Assembly: GCA_040387855.1 (NCBI GenBank)
Contig: JAZKCY010000001.1
Span: 782,922 to 846,921, forward strand
From: Patescibacteria group bacterium
Lineage (GTDB): Bacteria > Patescibacteriota > Minisyncoccia > Phycocordibacterales > JAKAEA01
DNA: 64,000 nucleotides
Direction: 5' to 3'
Part shown: piece after piece, positions 11,629-20,551 of the stretch
Layout of the letters: every line of letters starts with the position of its first letter
Position numbering within the stretch: the stretch's first letter is position 1
Translations under genes and position numbers: made by a program
Notes under the pieces: generated by a model
What the model was told of the DNA's origin: nothing
The model's database searches: none
The model's input: the letters and a program-made list of their open reading frames with translations, nothing else

Positions 11629-12369
11629 TTATGAGTGATGCTCTACCGCAATGGAAATAAAGACCAACGTCAAGGTTGCAAAGACCAACGCCTGTACAAA
11701 ACCAACAAATATTTCAAGGATCAAAAATGGTACTGGTACAAAATAGGGCACCAAAAATCCCGTGATAATGAGCAATACTTCTCCTGCAAATATGTTTCCA
11801 AACAATCGAAATGAATACGATATGAGCTTGGCAAATTCCCCTATCAACTCAAGAATTCCAACAAAGAAATTGATTGGGCTTGAAAAATTGAAAAATTTTG
11901 AAGCATGCGATTTAAAGCCCAAAGCGATAATACCAAACACATTTGTCATGACTACTGCAATGATAGCAATAGCCAGTGTAAAGTTGAGGTCGCTTGCTAC
12001 TGAGCGTAGCAAAGGGGCAAAAACCTCATGTCCGTCATGCACTTGATGGAGCCCAATAGAGCCCACGCCAGGGAGAATTCCAAACCAGTTTGAAAACAGA
12101 ATAAGCGTGAATATAGTAGCAATTAGGGGAAAATACTTTATTGCCTTATCTCGAGAATGGAGGATCTTTTCCATGAAACCGAGCAGACTTTCAACTCCCC
12201 ATTCCACAGCATTTTGCACTCCCAAAGGTACAAGCTGCATCCGTCGTACGGCCACTTGGCTCAAAATAATGATAAATAGAGCCACAATCCAGGTCATAAG
12301 GAGAGTATTCGTTATGGCAAAAGAGCCAATTGAGAACAGTTTTTCAGCACCAATCTGAATATGAAGCAT
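11629..12369 (-). CDS. atpB: Fo ATP synthase subunit a.
   Basis: Polytopic protein with the conserved FRLFGNIFAGE motif containing the essential Arg; it is the first gene of the operon. Confidence 0.95.
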   Translation of the reverse strand: MLHIQIGAEKLFSIGSFAITNTLLMTWIVALFIIILSQVAVRRMQLVPLGVQNAVEWGVESLLGFMEKILHSRDKAIKYFPLIATIFTLILFSNWFGILPGVGSIGLHQVHDGHEVFAPLLRSVASDLNFTLAIAIIAVVMTNVFGIIALGFKSHASKFFNFSSPINFFVGILELIGEFAKLISYSFRLFGNIFAGEVLLIITGFLVPYFVPVPFLILEIFVGFVQALVFATLTLVFISIAVEHHS

Positions 12370-12580
12370 GAATATATCATAACAGACCTGCTGCTGGGTC
12401 TGCTATTGACGAAGTCAACGTTATATAATCTAGTTTTAAAGACTGTAATAAAGTAGTCTGACAACGTCGTACATATATAGATAGTTGATCTAATCATCAA
12501 CTAAAATTAATTAAGTGCTGAACTTAAATAAATTTATTATGACAACATTTTTTGCAACTGAAGATCGAGGATTCGCAAGT

Positions 12581-12790
12581 ATGAATCCTGAGAAGCAGCG
12601 CGAAATCGCTTCACGAGGAGGCAAAGCAGCACATCAAGCTGGTACTGCCCATGAATTCACATCTGAAGAAGCACGAGCTGCTGGCCGCAAAGGTGGTCAA
12701 GCCGTAAGCCGAAATCGAGAACACATGGCAGCTATTGGCCGCAAGGGTGGAGAAAATTCACACAGCGGACGTGGCGAATCAACCGCGTAA
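12581..12790 (+). CDS. KGG-repeat general stress protein (YciG/Con7-like), likely horizontally acquired.
   Basis: MNPEKQREIASRGGKAAHQ...AAGRKGGQAVSRNREHMAAIGRKGGENSH carries KGG repeats. The local GC content is clearly higher than in flanking DNA. GAGGA lies 9 nt upstream of the ATG, whereas most host genes checked lack SD motifs. The GTG at 12515 gives a longer N-extended ORF but is less likely to be the start. Confidence 0.75.
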   Translation: MNPEKQREIASRGGKAAHQAGTAHEFTSEEARAAGRKGGQAVSRNREHMAAIGRKGGENSHSGRGESTA

Positions 12791-12810
12791 CATCATGTTT
12801 TTCATGAACT

Positions 12811-12847
12811 AAAAAATCCCCTTCGACTATGGTCAGGGGATTTTTTA
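12811..12847. terminator. Bidirectional rho-independent terminator shared by the KGG gene (+) and glmS (-).
   Basis: AAAAAATCCCCTT-loop-AGGGGATTTTTT: a GC stem flanked by an A-run and a T-run lies between the convergent stops at 12790 and 12852. Confidence 0.8.
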
Positions 12848-12851
12848 GTGT

Positions 12852-14672
12852 TTATTCAACTGTTACAGATTTTGCTAAATTACGAGGCCGATCCACATTT
12901 AACTCTTTTGCTTTTGCTATGTAATACGCAAACAGCTGTAATGGTACTATAGAAAGAATTGGCGAAACTATTTCATGAGCTTTTGGCACAAAAAAGATAT
13001 CTTGCACGAGAGTTGCCAGTTTTTGATTTCCTTCAGTTGCAATAGCAAGCACTCTCCCCTTTCGTGCTCGTATTTCCTGAACATTAGAAATCATTTTTTC
13101 ATACACACTATCATCAAGGCAAATCGCTAATGTTGGGAAATTTTCATCAATCATAGCAAGTGGCCCATGCTTCATTTCTCCTGCTCCATATCCTTCTGCA
13201 TGAATGTATGAAACTTCTTTCAACTTAAGTGCACCTTCAAGGGCAATCGGAAACTGAAGTTTTCTACCAACGTACAAAAAGTCCCTATGACTACTATATG
13301 TTTCAGCAAGCTTTTCAAGCTTTGAATGATCCTTCAAAATCTGCGCAATTTTATCTGGAAGGTTTTGCAGCTCTTTTACTATTTCCATACCCTGCTCAAG
13401 AGACATAGTACGCATTCGTCCAATATAAAGTGTAAGTAAAATTAATGCAGTGAGCTGAGAAATGAATGCTTTTGTTGAAGCCACTCCAATCTCTGGGCCT
13501 GCATGATTGTAGACTCCGGCATCTGTTTCTCGTGCAATAGTAGATCCAACAGTATTTACAATTCCCAGAGTAAGCGCACCTTGTCGTTTTGCTTCACGAA
13601 TTGCTTCTAACGTATCTGCGGTTTCACCAGATTGTGATACAGCAATAAGTACAGTACCCGGCTCTATGTGCGGATGCCGGTATCTAAATTCTGAACCCAC
13701 TTCTACTTCCACAGGAATTCCTGCATATTCTTCAAGCATATATTCACCTACAAGACCTGCATAATATGCAGTACCACATCCTACAATAATAATTCTTTTT
13801 ATAGATTTTAGTTCATGTTGCACAGACTCAAGGCCACCAAGCTTTGCTGTGCCTTGATCAAGAAGCAATCGTCCTCGAAGGGTATTCTTCACAACTTCAG
13901 GACCTTCCATAATTTCTTTCAACATGAAATGCTCGTAACCATTTTTCTGAATTTCTTCTACTGCCCACTCAATAGTTTCTAGATTTCTCTCCACACTGTT
14001 TTGTTCTAATGTGCAGATGCTATACATATCAGGAGTAAGTACGGCCACTTCCCCATCCTGCAAATAAAGCACTCGTTTAGTATGCTTTAAAATTGGTGAT
14101 GGATCTGATGCTACAAAGTATTCTTTATCTCCCACTCCAAGTACGACGGGTGCTCCCATTCGCGCAGCAATAATCATCTCAGGATGTGCTTCTGAAGCCA
14201 CCGTAAGACCATAGGTGCCCTTAATATCATTGAGTGCGTTTATCACAGCCTTTGTAAAATCTTTTTCGCTACGGGCATGTTCTTCAATAAGGTGGGCTAT
14301 AACTTCTGTATCAGTTTCAGATAGAAACGTATGTCCTTTTTTACTAAGATGTGCTTTTAATTCTTGAAAATTCTCAACGATACCATTGTGTACCACCCAA
14401 ATTTTTGAATCGCAATCATGATGAGGATGCGCATTTATTTTAGTAGGCTCACCATGTGTCGCCCATCGCAAATGTGCAATACCACTAGTCCCAGTAAAAT
14501 CCTTAGTAATTTTTGCTCTCAAATTTTCAACAGCACCTACTGATTTTATTGCTCCAGCTGTTGGAATATAAATACCAGCAGAATCATATCCTCGATATTC
14601 TAAAGAAGTTAATCCATCAACAAGAATTGGTAGAGCTTGTTGTTTTCCTGTGTACGCGTATATTCCACACAT
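12852..14672 (-). CDS. glmS: Glutamine--fructose-6-phosphate aminotransferase (isomerizing).
   Basis: MCGIYAYTG N-terminal nucleophile start and two SIS domains. The ORF-track N-extension (MCLLGL...) is spurious; the ATG at 14672 gives the canonical Met-Cys start. Confidence 0.95.
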   Translation of the reverse strand: MCGIYAYTGKQQALPILVDGLTSLEYRGYDSAGIYIPTAGAIKSVGAVENLRAKITKDFTGTSGIAHLRWATHGEPTKINAHPHHDCDSKIWVVHNGIVENFQELKAHLSKKGHTFLSETDTEVIAHLIEEHARSEKDFTKAVINALNDIKGTYGLTVASEAHPEMIIAARMGAPVVLGVGDKEYFVASDPSPILKHTKRVLYLQDGEVAVLTPDMYSICTLEQNSVERNLETIEWAVEEIQKNGYEHFMLKEIMEGPEVVKNTLRGRLLLDQGTAKLGGLESVQHELKSIKRIIIVGCGTAYYAGLVGEYMLEEYAGIPVEVEVGSEFRYRHPHIEPGTVLIAVSQSGETADTLEAIREAKRQGALTLGIVNTVGSTIARETDAGVYNHAGPEIGVASTKAFISQLTALILLTLYIGRMRTMSLEQGMEIVKELQNLPDKIAQILKDHSKLEKLAETYSSHRDFLYVGRKLQFPIALEGALKLKEVSYIHAEGYGAGEMKHGPLAMIDENFPTLAICLDDSVYEKMISNVQEIRARKGRVLAIATEGNQKLATLVQDIFFVPKAHEIVSPILSIVPLQLFAYYIAKAKELNVDRPRNLAKSVTVE

Positions 14673-14673
14673 G

Positions 14674-14973
14674 TTATTGGTAGTTAAAGATAAAGATATT
14701 TCTGATGCGACGTACGGTATCGTATACCATGGCACTAGCCCCAGCAAGCACAAGCAGAGATAATGCTTGGACTATTACTTGTGTGTGCGTAAAAGCTCCA
14801 ATAATAAATTTCCCGAAATCGACAATATTTGTAACACTTAAAGCATTTTGTAAAACATTTTGAAGAGAGACAAAAAACGCAACAGACATAATGAGTGCAG
14901 ATACAATTGCGAGTTCTATAATGAGCGGCCGTGCGACAGTCTTTAAGATATAGACCATATACACTCTGCGCAT
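14674..14973 (-). CDS. Putative anti-sigma factor / small membrane protein co-transcribed with the ECF sigma gene.
   Basis: ~99-aa ORF starting just after the sigma gene stop, with one clear TM segment (LIIELAIVSALIMSVAFFVSL), in the typical position for an anti-sigma. No sequence family recognised. The longer ORF-track version overlaps the sigma gene. Confidence 0.4.
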   Translation of the reverse strand: MRRVYMVYILKTVARPLIIELAIVSALIMSVAFFVSLQNVLQNALSVTNIVDFGKFIIGAFTHTQVIVQALSLLVLAGASAMVYDTVRRIRNIFIFNYQ

Positions 14974-14992
14974 AATATTCTTTTTAATATAA

Positions 14993-15547
14993 TTATTCTG
15001 CATATAATTTTGATACTTTTTTAAACTCATTTTTTGCTCGGTGTATTCGTGTGCGAATTGCACCTTCACTTACCTTTTCTTCTACTGCTATATCTTCATA
15101 GCTTTTACCCTGCACAATATTAAGTGTGAGAATTCTACCCAACGCCTGAGGAATTTTCGAAATGACCATAAGCACTCGATCGAGGTCCATCTTCTTTTCA
15201 AATTCATCCTGGGCACTAAATAAATCAAGATCCTCACCTGCCATACTATTTAAAAACTGCTTTTCTCTTTTTTGCTTGAGACAATGCGTGTAGCATGTAT
15301 TGAGCAAAATTTTGTATGCCCATGATTTAAAGCTCGCGCCTTCCATGACTTTAAACTTCTTGGCATTTATATAGATCTTCACAAAGGCCTCCTGGACGAT
15401 GTCCTCAGCCTCTACTTTGTTCTTGAGCATAAAGGTCACCTTTGCCAAGAACTCTTTCTGGTAGCGGTTTACAAGCACACCAAAAGCCGATGGATGGTCA
15501 ATCGACAACGCAAGCCATTCTGCATCTGTTTTTAGTGGCGGTTCCAT
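14993..15547 (-). CDS. ECF-type sigma-70 family RNA polymerase sigma factor.
   Basis: Region-2-like segment (AEDIVQEAFVKIY) and a region-4 HTH (SYEDIAVEEKVSEGAIRTRIHRAKNEFKK); the size is typical of ECF sigmas. TATACT lies 14 nt upstream of the ATG. Confidence 0.8.
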   Translation of the reverse strand: MEPPLKTDAEWLALSIDHPSAFGVLVNRYQKEFLAKVTFMLKNKVEAEDIVQEAFVKIYINAKKFKVMEGASFKSWAYKILLNTCYTHCLKQKREKQFLNSMAGEDLDLFSAQDEFEKKMDLDRVLMVISKIPQALGRILTLNIVQGKSYEDIAVEEKVSEGAIRTRIHRAKNEFKKVSKLYAE

Positions 15548-15594
15548 GTCTGTATATCTAGTATAACTCTGATTAATGGGAATATGTTACAGGT

Positions 15595-15629
15595 ATATAA
15601 AAAAGCCATGGTTTTGTCCACCATGGCTT
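15595..15629 (-). terminator. Rho-independent terminator after the oxygenase-like gene.
   Basis: AAGCCATGG / CCATGGCTT 9-bp stem followed on the minus strand by TTTTTATATA. Confidence 0.7.
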
Positions 15630-15635
15630 ACTAAC

Positions 15636-16502
15636 CTACTTGAAGAGTTTGGCGAAGGTCTTCGGCTTCATGCCGTAGTTGAACCCTGGCTTTTTCAGCT
15701 GCAATCGCCCACACCTTTCCTTGTCGTACTTTGGTGTGTTCTTCAACTGCACGAAGCATACTGCAGAGTAGCGGCCGGTTTTTGCTGTTTTCTTTGTAGC
15801 AACAACTCGGTGCGCAAGTGCTGTAAGCTTCCCTTCTGATCGCAGCTGCAACTGCATTGCAGGAATGATGACAGTTGTGCCTTTGTGCACTGGCATATCC
15901 ATCCACTCCGGCTCTGCAGTCTCATGATCTTCCCACAAGCACTGGAGTCCGGGGGCACTTTCAAAAAGGTGCAAGGTGAAGCCACTCTGATCCACATGAG
16001 CCGTGGCAGTTGGATCGCCTGGTTTTACAGCGTCTTCATCCGTTCTCTCATCAGGTAAATAATGAATGAACCGAACGAAAAACTTCGCCTCGCTTGCATC
16101 CACCTCTTCAGCGAATCCTGAGATTCCATACTGCTCCTCCACAGCATCTGCAAATCTCATAATGAGAGGCTTCATGAGACGCACGAGCTGAACCGAGTCA
16201 GTGACAAAGTCGAGTGTTCCCGAATCTCGGAGAAGTTCGGTGCGATCGCGAAGCCAGTCTTGGCCAGCAATCGTTACATCGAAGTTCTCCTTCCGATCAT
16301 CTGTGAGTCCTTCCCCCGGCTTAAACTCGTATCCCACTCCATCAGCACCATTGCTGTATGGAAGACTCATCTTCACATCCAACGGCAAGTCACAGAATCC
16401 CTTCCATGACTCCATTGCCTTCACCACAGCTTCTCGCAAAACTTTGGGATACGTGAGCTTCACAAACCCAGTCCTACCAAAGTTAACGTCTACCTTCTTC
16501 AT
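15636..16502 (-). CDS. 2-oxoglutarate/Fe(II)-dependent oxygenase superfamily protein (isopenicillin N synthase-like), probably horizontally acquired.
   Basis: HVDQSGFTLHL has an HxD...H facial triad and an IPNS-like N-terminal region. The segment 15600-16560 has markedly higher GC than its surroundings. AGGAG lies 3 nt upstream of the ATG at 16502 (MKKVDVNF); the TTG at 16535 is less likely. Overlapping ORFs at 15576-15997 are GC-driven artefacts. Confidence 0.7.
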   Translation of the reverse strand: MKKVDVNFGRTGFVKLTYPKVLREAVVKAMESWKGFCDLPLDVKMSLPYSNGADGVGYEFKPGEGLTDDRKENFDVTIAGQDWLRDRTELLRDSGTLDFVTDSVQLVRLMKPLIMRFADAVEEQYGISGFAEEVDASEAKFFVRFIHYLPDERTDEDAVKPGDPTATAHVDQSGFTLHLFESAPGLQCLWEDHETAEPEWMDMPVHKGTTVIIPAMQLQLRSEGKLTALAHRVVATKKTAKTGRYSAVCFVQLKNTPKYDKERCGRLQLKKPGFNYGMKPKTFAKLFK

Positions 16503-16561
16503 ATGCTCCTTTCGGTTAGCGAATAAATCGAACAACCTTGCTCGAGCATAAGAAAATATGA

Positions 16562-16589
16562 AATATAAAAAAAGCGAGGATGTCCTCGG
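16562..16589 (-). terminator. Rho-independent terminator after the Nudix-domain regulator gene.
   Basis: Minus strand reads CCGAGG-ACAT-CCTCG followed by CTTTTTTTATATTT. Confidence 0.65.
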
Positions 16590-16617
16590 TAGAAATACCG
16601 CCTATTAAACGGTGATT

Positions 16618-17337
16618 TTACTCGTCAGTTTTAATTACTTCTGTATAGAAAAATGGCAAGGTTTTAATCGAACCATCTTTAATTGCTTCTAATACTTTAG
16701 TTATAGAATCAATGCAGTCATATGAATCAGACAACTGATGTTTGAGAGATTCATCAATTGAAAGCCACATATTTTCACCAAATTCTGTATTAGTTAATTC
16801 TCCGGAGTATGAATCTGCATATGCTATTGGAAATACGACATCAGAAAAGAGATCGCCTTCCTTATACATAATTCTGCGTTCAGATGCTACTGTTTTAAAT
16901 TCTGCCTCAAGACCTGTTTCTGCTTTTAATTTTCGAGTAGCAGCTGCTTCCATAAGTTCGCCTTTTAGTACGACTCCTCCCATCACACCAATTTTTCCAT
17001 ATGAAGGATTTGATTTTCGAAGTTGATTTAAAATTTCAAGCTTTCCATCTACAACTCTTGAAACAATAGTAATAACATTTATCTTAAAAAGACTTGTAAT
17101 AGAATTAAAAGTAGCTACAGGAATCGGATCTGCAACATGTTTAATACCTGTATCAGATAATGAGTACCCTTCTTCTGATTTTAAGAGCAGACCTTTCTTT
17201 ACTAAAAACTGTAGATGATAATTGAATAAATCATTTGGAATAGAATGATCTTGTAGTTCACTATACCTAAGTGATTTGGCATTCTTTAACTTCGAAAGGA
17301 TGTTATTTTGAATGGGAGAAAATTGAGTTGTCATAGT
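16618..17337 (-). CDS. Winged-helix DNA-binding domain fused to a Nudix hydrolase-fold domain (NrtR-like domain content, reversed order). The Nudix box is partly degenerate.
   Basis: The N-terminal ~70 aa look wHTH-like. The C-terminal GGVVLKGELMEAAATRKLKAETGLE matches Gx5Ex7R(E/K)UxEExGU with RE changed to RK and EE changed to AE. The start is probably the ATG at 17337 (MTTQF), 4 nt after the upstream stop. Confidence 0.65.
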   Translation of the reverse strand, partial: TMTTQFSPIQNNILSKLKNAKSLRYSELQDHSIPNDLFNYHLQFLVKKGLLLKSEEGYSLSDTGIKHVADPIPVATFNSITSLFKINVITIVSRVVDGKLEILNQLRKSNPSYGKIGVMGGVVLKGELMEAAATRKLKAETGLEAEFKTVASERRIMYKEGDLFSDVVFPIAYADSYSGELTNTEFGENMWLSIDESLKHQLSDSYDCIDSITKVLEAIKDGSIKTLPFFYTEVIKTDE

Positions 17338-17341
17338 GTAA

Positions 17342-17929
17342 TTAACCAAAATACTCTTTCTCGTTTTTCCTAACGATCTCATTAAGTTCATCAAAATACT
17401 TTTTGAGAAGTGGTGACTTTGCTATTTTTGATGATTTCTTCTCAATAATGTCTTCTAGAGTCATTTTGTTTTTTCGCCAAGAATATCCTCTATCAAGATA
17501 TGTTACAAAATATGGGAGTAATTTATCAAGACAATATACAAAGACACTTTCTTCATCTTGTCTTTTTTCATACTGAGAAATTTTTTCCCACATGTCAGGA
17601 GATTCTGAGAATGTAAGCTTAATTTGTTCCAGAGCATTTGCTTCCCTTTCCTCCTTTGACTCAAAATACTCCTGGGTTGAGTTAAACACAGGAGTATCAC
17701 CTGAATAGACTTCAATTAAATCATGTACGAGGGCATACATTACAACTTTTTGAATATCGAGATCTAGTTTGTGACTAGAAATAATATACCAAGCAACCAC
17801 AGCAAGCTGAAAACAATGTTCAGAATCATTCTCACCTCTTTTCTCATGCAAAAGATGAACCCCTCGTTCTATCCTCCTAAATTCATTAGTAAATTCAACA
17901 AACTTTAAGATATTCTGGAGATTGCTCAT
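17342..17929 (-). CDS. HD-domain phosphohydrolase (YfbR-like 5'-deoxynucleotidase family).
   Basis: H..HD motif region (NDSEHCFQLAVVAWYI...ALVHDLIEVYSGD) and the size are typical of the YfbR/HDDC2 family. Confidence 0.7.
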   Translation of the reverse strand: MSNLQNILKFVEFTNEFRRIERGVHLLHEKRGENDSEHCFQLAVVAWYIISSHKLDLDIQKVVMYALVHDLIEVYSGDTPVFNSTQEYFESKEEREANALEQIKLTFSESPDMWEKISQYEKRQDEESVFVYCLDKLLPYFVTYLDRGYSWRKNKMTLEDIIEKKSSKIAKSPLLKKYFDELNEIVRKNEKEYFG

Positions 17930-17940
17930 GGAATGCTAGA

Positions 17941-20475
17941 TTATTTCTTCTCTACCCATCCTTCCTTTAGATACTGTTGGAGTTTTTTGAATTTGATTTC
18001 TTTCTCTTCACCATTCTTAGTTACAACAACTCGTTCGTTGCGGCCTTTTTCATCATCTGAGCCAGTCATAACAACAGCTCCTGATGTACCTGCGGTGACA
18101 GAAATATCAGATCCTCCAATGAGTTGTGCTTGTCGCTGAACTTCTCGAAGTTTTTGTTCTTCTGCCTGAAATGCACCTGCTCCAATAGTTGGAAGCAATG
18201 ACATTACTTGGTCATTAATAGCAATTTCCATATCTTTAAAAATTCGCAACCCATCTCGCTTGTATTCAATAAGCGGATCTCGCTGGCCGTATGCTCGAAG
18301 ATTTACTGATGAACGGAGGTATTCCATTGCTTCAAGGTGATCGATCCAATAAAGATCGATAGTCTGGAGCAATAATCGTCGCACGGTTCGGTAAAACTCT
18401 TCTTCTCCAAGAAGACTTTTCTTTTCTTCAATAAGCTTTTTAGTTTCTTCGTTTGCGTTTTCGAAGGTAAGGATTTCTTCAACGAGAGCTTTGAGATCTT
18501 CACCTTGTCCAAGAACAACTTTTCGTCGGCGTTCATAGATAATCTTTCGTTGGTAGTTGAGAACATCATCGTATTCCAAAGTATGCTTTCGAGAATCAAA
18601 GTGGAATCCTTCGATCTTAGTTTGAGCTGTTTCAAGTGCTCGAGTAATAATTCGGTTTTGAATTGCTTCATCATCTGCGATGCCAAGTCGTCCAATGAGA
18701 CCCTTGATCATATCAGAAGCAAATACTCTCATGAGTGAATCTTCAAGAGACACAAAGAATTGAGTTGTTCCTGGATCTCCTTGTCGTCCAGAACGTCCTC
18801 GAAGCTGGTTGTCGATTCGTCGAGCTTCATGTCGCTCTGTACCAAGCACAAAGAGGCCACCAAGGCTTCGGATCTCATCTCGCTCAGCATCAGTAGCTTC
18901 TGGACCTCCAAGCTTAATGTCGACACCTCGGCCGGCCATGTTGGTAGCAATGGTTACTCCTCCTTTCTTTCCAGCAAGAGCAACAATCTCTCCTTCTTTT
19001 TCGTGATTCTTCGCATTCAATACTTGATGAGGAATTCCTTCTTTAGACAAAAACTGACTAAGAAGTTCGTTCTTCTCAATAGATACAGTACCCACAAGTA
19101 CAGGCTGACCAGTTTCATGAACTTTTTTAATTTCTCGAGCAACAGCAATAAACTTACCCATTTCTGTTTGGTAAATATTGTCTTGTCGATCAATTCGGGC
19201 AATTGGTTTGTTTGTAGGCACTTCAACTACATCAAGTCCGTATACTTTTCTAAATTCTTCTTTTGAAGTGAGCGCTGTACCAGTCATACCAGCAAGCTTC
19301 TTGTAGAGTCGGAAATAATTTTGGAATGTGATAGAAGCGTAGGTTCGAGTTTCTTTTTGTACAGCTACACCTTCTTTAGCCTCCATAGCCTGATGAAGAC
19401 CATCAGACCATCGTCGTCCTGGCTGCATTCGTCCGGTAAATTCATCAACGATGATAACCTCTCCGTCACGAACAACATATTCTTTTTCTCGTTTAAAGAG
19501 AGCTTGAGCACGCACTGCTGTTTCTAGATGGTGAACATACTTAACTCCCTTCTCAGTATAAATATTATCAACACCTAAAAGCTGCTCTGCTTTTGAGATT
19601 CCATCATCAGTAAGAGTTATAGCACGAAGCTTTTCATCAACTTCGTAATCACTTCCTTCTTTAAGCTTCTTTGCAATATCAGCAAATACTGCATAAAGAT
19701 TTTCTGATTCTACGGTTGGAGCAGAAATAATAAGTGGAGTTCGTGCTTCATCGATAAGAATAGAGTCAATTTCGTCGACAATAGCATAATTGAATTCTCG
19801 CTGACGAAGATTCTTTACATCGTATTCAATATTGTCTCGGAGATAATCAAATCCAAACTCATTGTTTGTTCCGTAGGTAATATCCGCCATATATGCTTCA
19901 TGTCGTGTAGATGGTCGGAGAAATTCGTAAGCAATCTTAAATGAAGCAACAGCTTCTTCTTCAGGAGTTTCTTTTTGTGTAGCATCGTACAAGAAAGAAG
20001 AATCGTGATTGATAACTCCCACACTCAATCCTAAGAATGCATGGATTTGTCCCATCCACACAGCATCTCGTCGTGAAAGGTAATCGTTCACAGTGACAAT
20101 ATGCACGCCTTTACCCGTAAGAGCATTGAGATATGTCGGTAGTGTAGCAACAAGAGTCTTTCCTTCTCCTGTTTTCATTTCAGCAATAGTCTTTTTGTGC
20201 AACAACATACCTCCAATGAGCTGAACATCAAAATGTCTTTGCCCCAAGGTTCGTCGTGATGCCTCTCGTACAACAGCAAAAGCTTCAGGTAAAATGTCAT
20301 CTAATGATTCGCCTTTAGCCAGTCGATCCTTAAATTCACCAGTCTTTGCCTTAAGTACCTCATCAGTAAGGGCTTTAATAGTTTCTTCTAAACCATTAAT
20401 CTTTTCTACTATCGGCATCAAGGGCTTTACCGCACGTGTATTTTCATCTCCGAAGAGGGTTTTTAATCCAAACAT
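17941..20475 (-). CDS. secA: Preprotein translocase ATPase SecA.
   Basis: DEAD-like motor with Walker A GEGKT and full-length SecA collinearity (~845 aa). The start is probably MFGLKTLFGDEN (ATG 20475) or MRPMFG (20485); the ORF-track N-extension is spurious. Confidence 0.95.
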   Translation of the reverse strand: MFGLKTLFGDENTRAVKPLMPIVEKINGLEETIKALTDEVLKAKTGEFKDRLAKGESLDDILPEAFAVVREASRRTLGQRHFDVQLIGGMLLHKKTIAEMKTGEGKTLVATLPTYLNALTGKGVHIVTVNDYLSRRDAVWMGQIHAFLGLSVGVINHDSSFLYDATQKETPEEEAVASFKIAYEFLRPSTRHEAYMADITYGTNNEFGFDYLRDNIEYDVKNLRQREFNYAIVDEIDSILIDEARTPLIISAPTVESENLYAVFADIAKKLKEGSDYEVDEKLRAITLTDDGISKAEQLLGVDNIYTEKGVKYVHHLETAVRAQALFKREKEYVVRDGEVIIVDEFTGRMQPGRRWSDGLHQAMEAKEGVAVQKETRTYASITFQNYFRLYKKLAGMTGTALTSKEEFRKVYGLDVVEVPTNKPIARIDRQDNIYQTEMGKFIAVAREIKKVHETGQPVLVGTVSIEKNELLSQFLSKEGIPHQVLNAKNHEKEGEIVALAGKKGGVTIATNMAGRGVDIKLGGPEATDAERDEIRSLGGLFVLGTERHEARRIDNQLRGRSGRQGDPGTTQFFVSLEDSLMRVFASDMIKGLIGRLGIADDEAIQNRIITRALETAQTKIEGFHFDSRKHTLEYDDVLNYQRKIIYERRRKVVLGQGEDLKALVEEILTFENANEETKKLIEEKKSLLGEEEFYRTVRRLLLQTIDLYWIDHLEAMEYLRSSVNLRAYGQRDPLIEYKRDGLRIFKDMEIAINDQVMSLLPTIGAGAFQAEEQKLREVQRQAQLIGGSDISVTAGTSGAVVMTGSDDEKGRNERVVVTKNGEEKEIKFKKLQQYLKEGWVEKK

Positions 20476-20551
20476 AGGCCTCATACTATCACAAAATAAG
20501 ACATACAAAAACCCCTTCACCATTTTAGTGAGAGGGGCTTTTGCGAATAGA

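Noticed and set aside
12312-12500. 62-aa minus ORF upstream of atpB (a possible atpI).
   Set aside because: It is not hydrophobic, unlike AtpI, and it overlaps the atpB start. The region looks like a promoter or leader with small hairpins.
15576-15997. Overlapping ORFs 15576-15839 (+), 15631-15906 (-) and 15743-15997 (-).
   Set aside because: They lie within the GC-rich oxygenase gene. High GC inflates spurious open frames, and the 299-aa frame has the recognisable HxD...H domain.
17941-20523. N-terminal extensions of SecA (MVKGFLYVLFCDSMRP...) and of GlmS (MCLLGL...).
   Set aside because: The conserved N-termini (MFGLKTLFGD for SecA, MCGIYAYTG for GlmS) start at internal ATGs. The extensions are artefacts of the track using the first upstream start.
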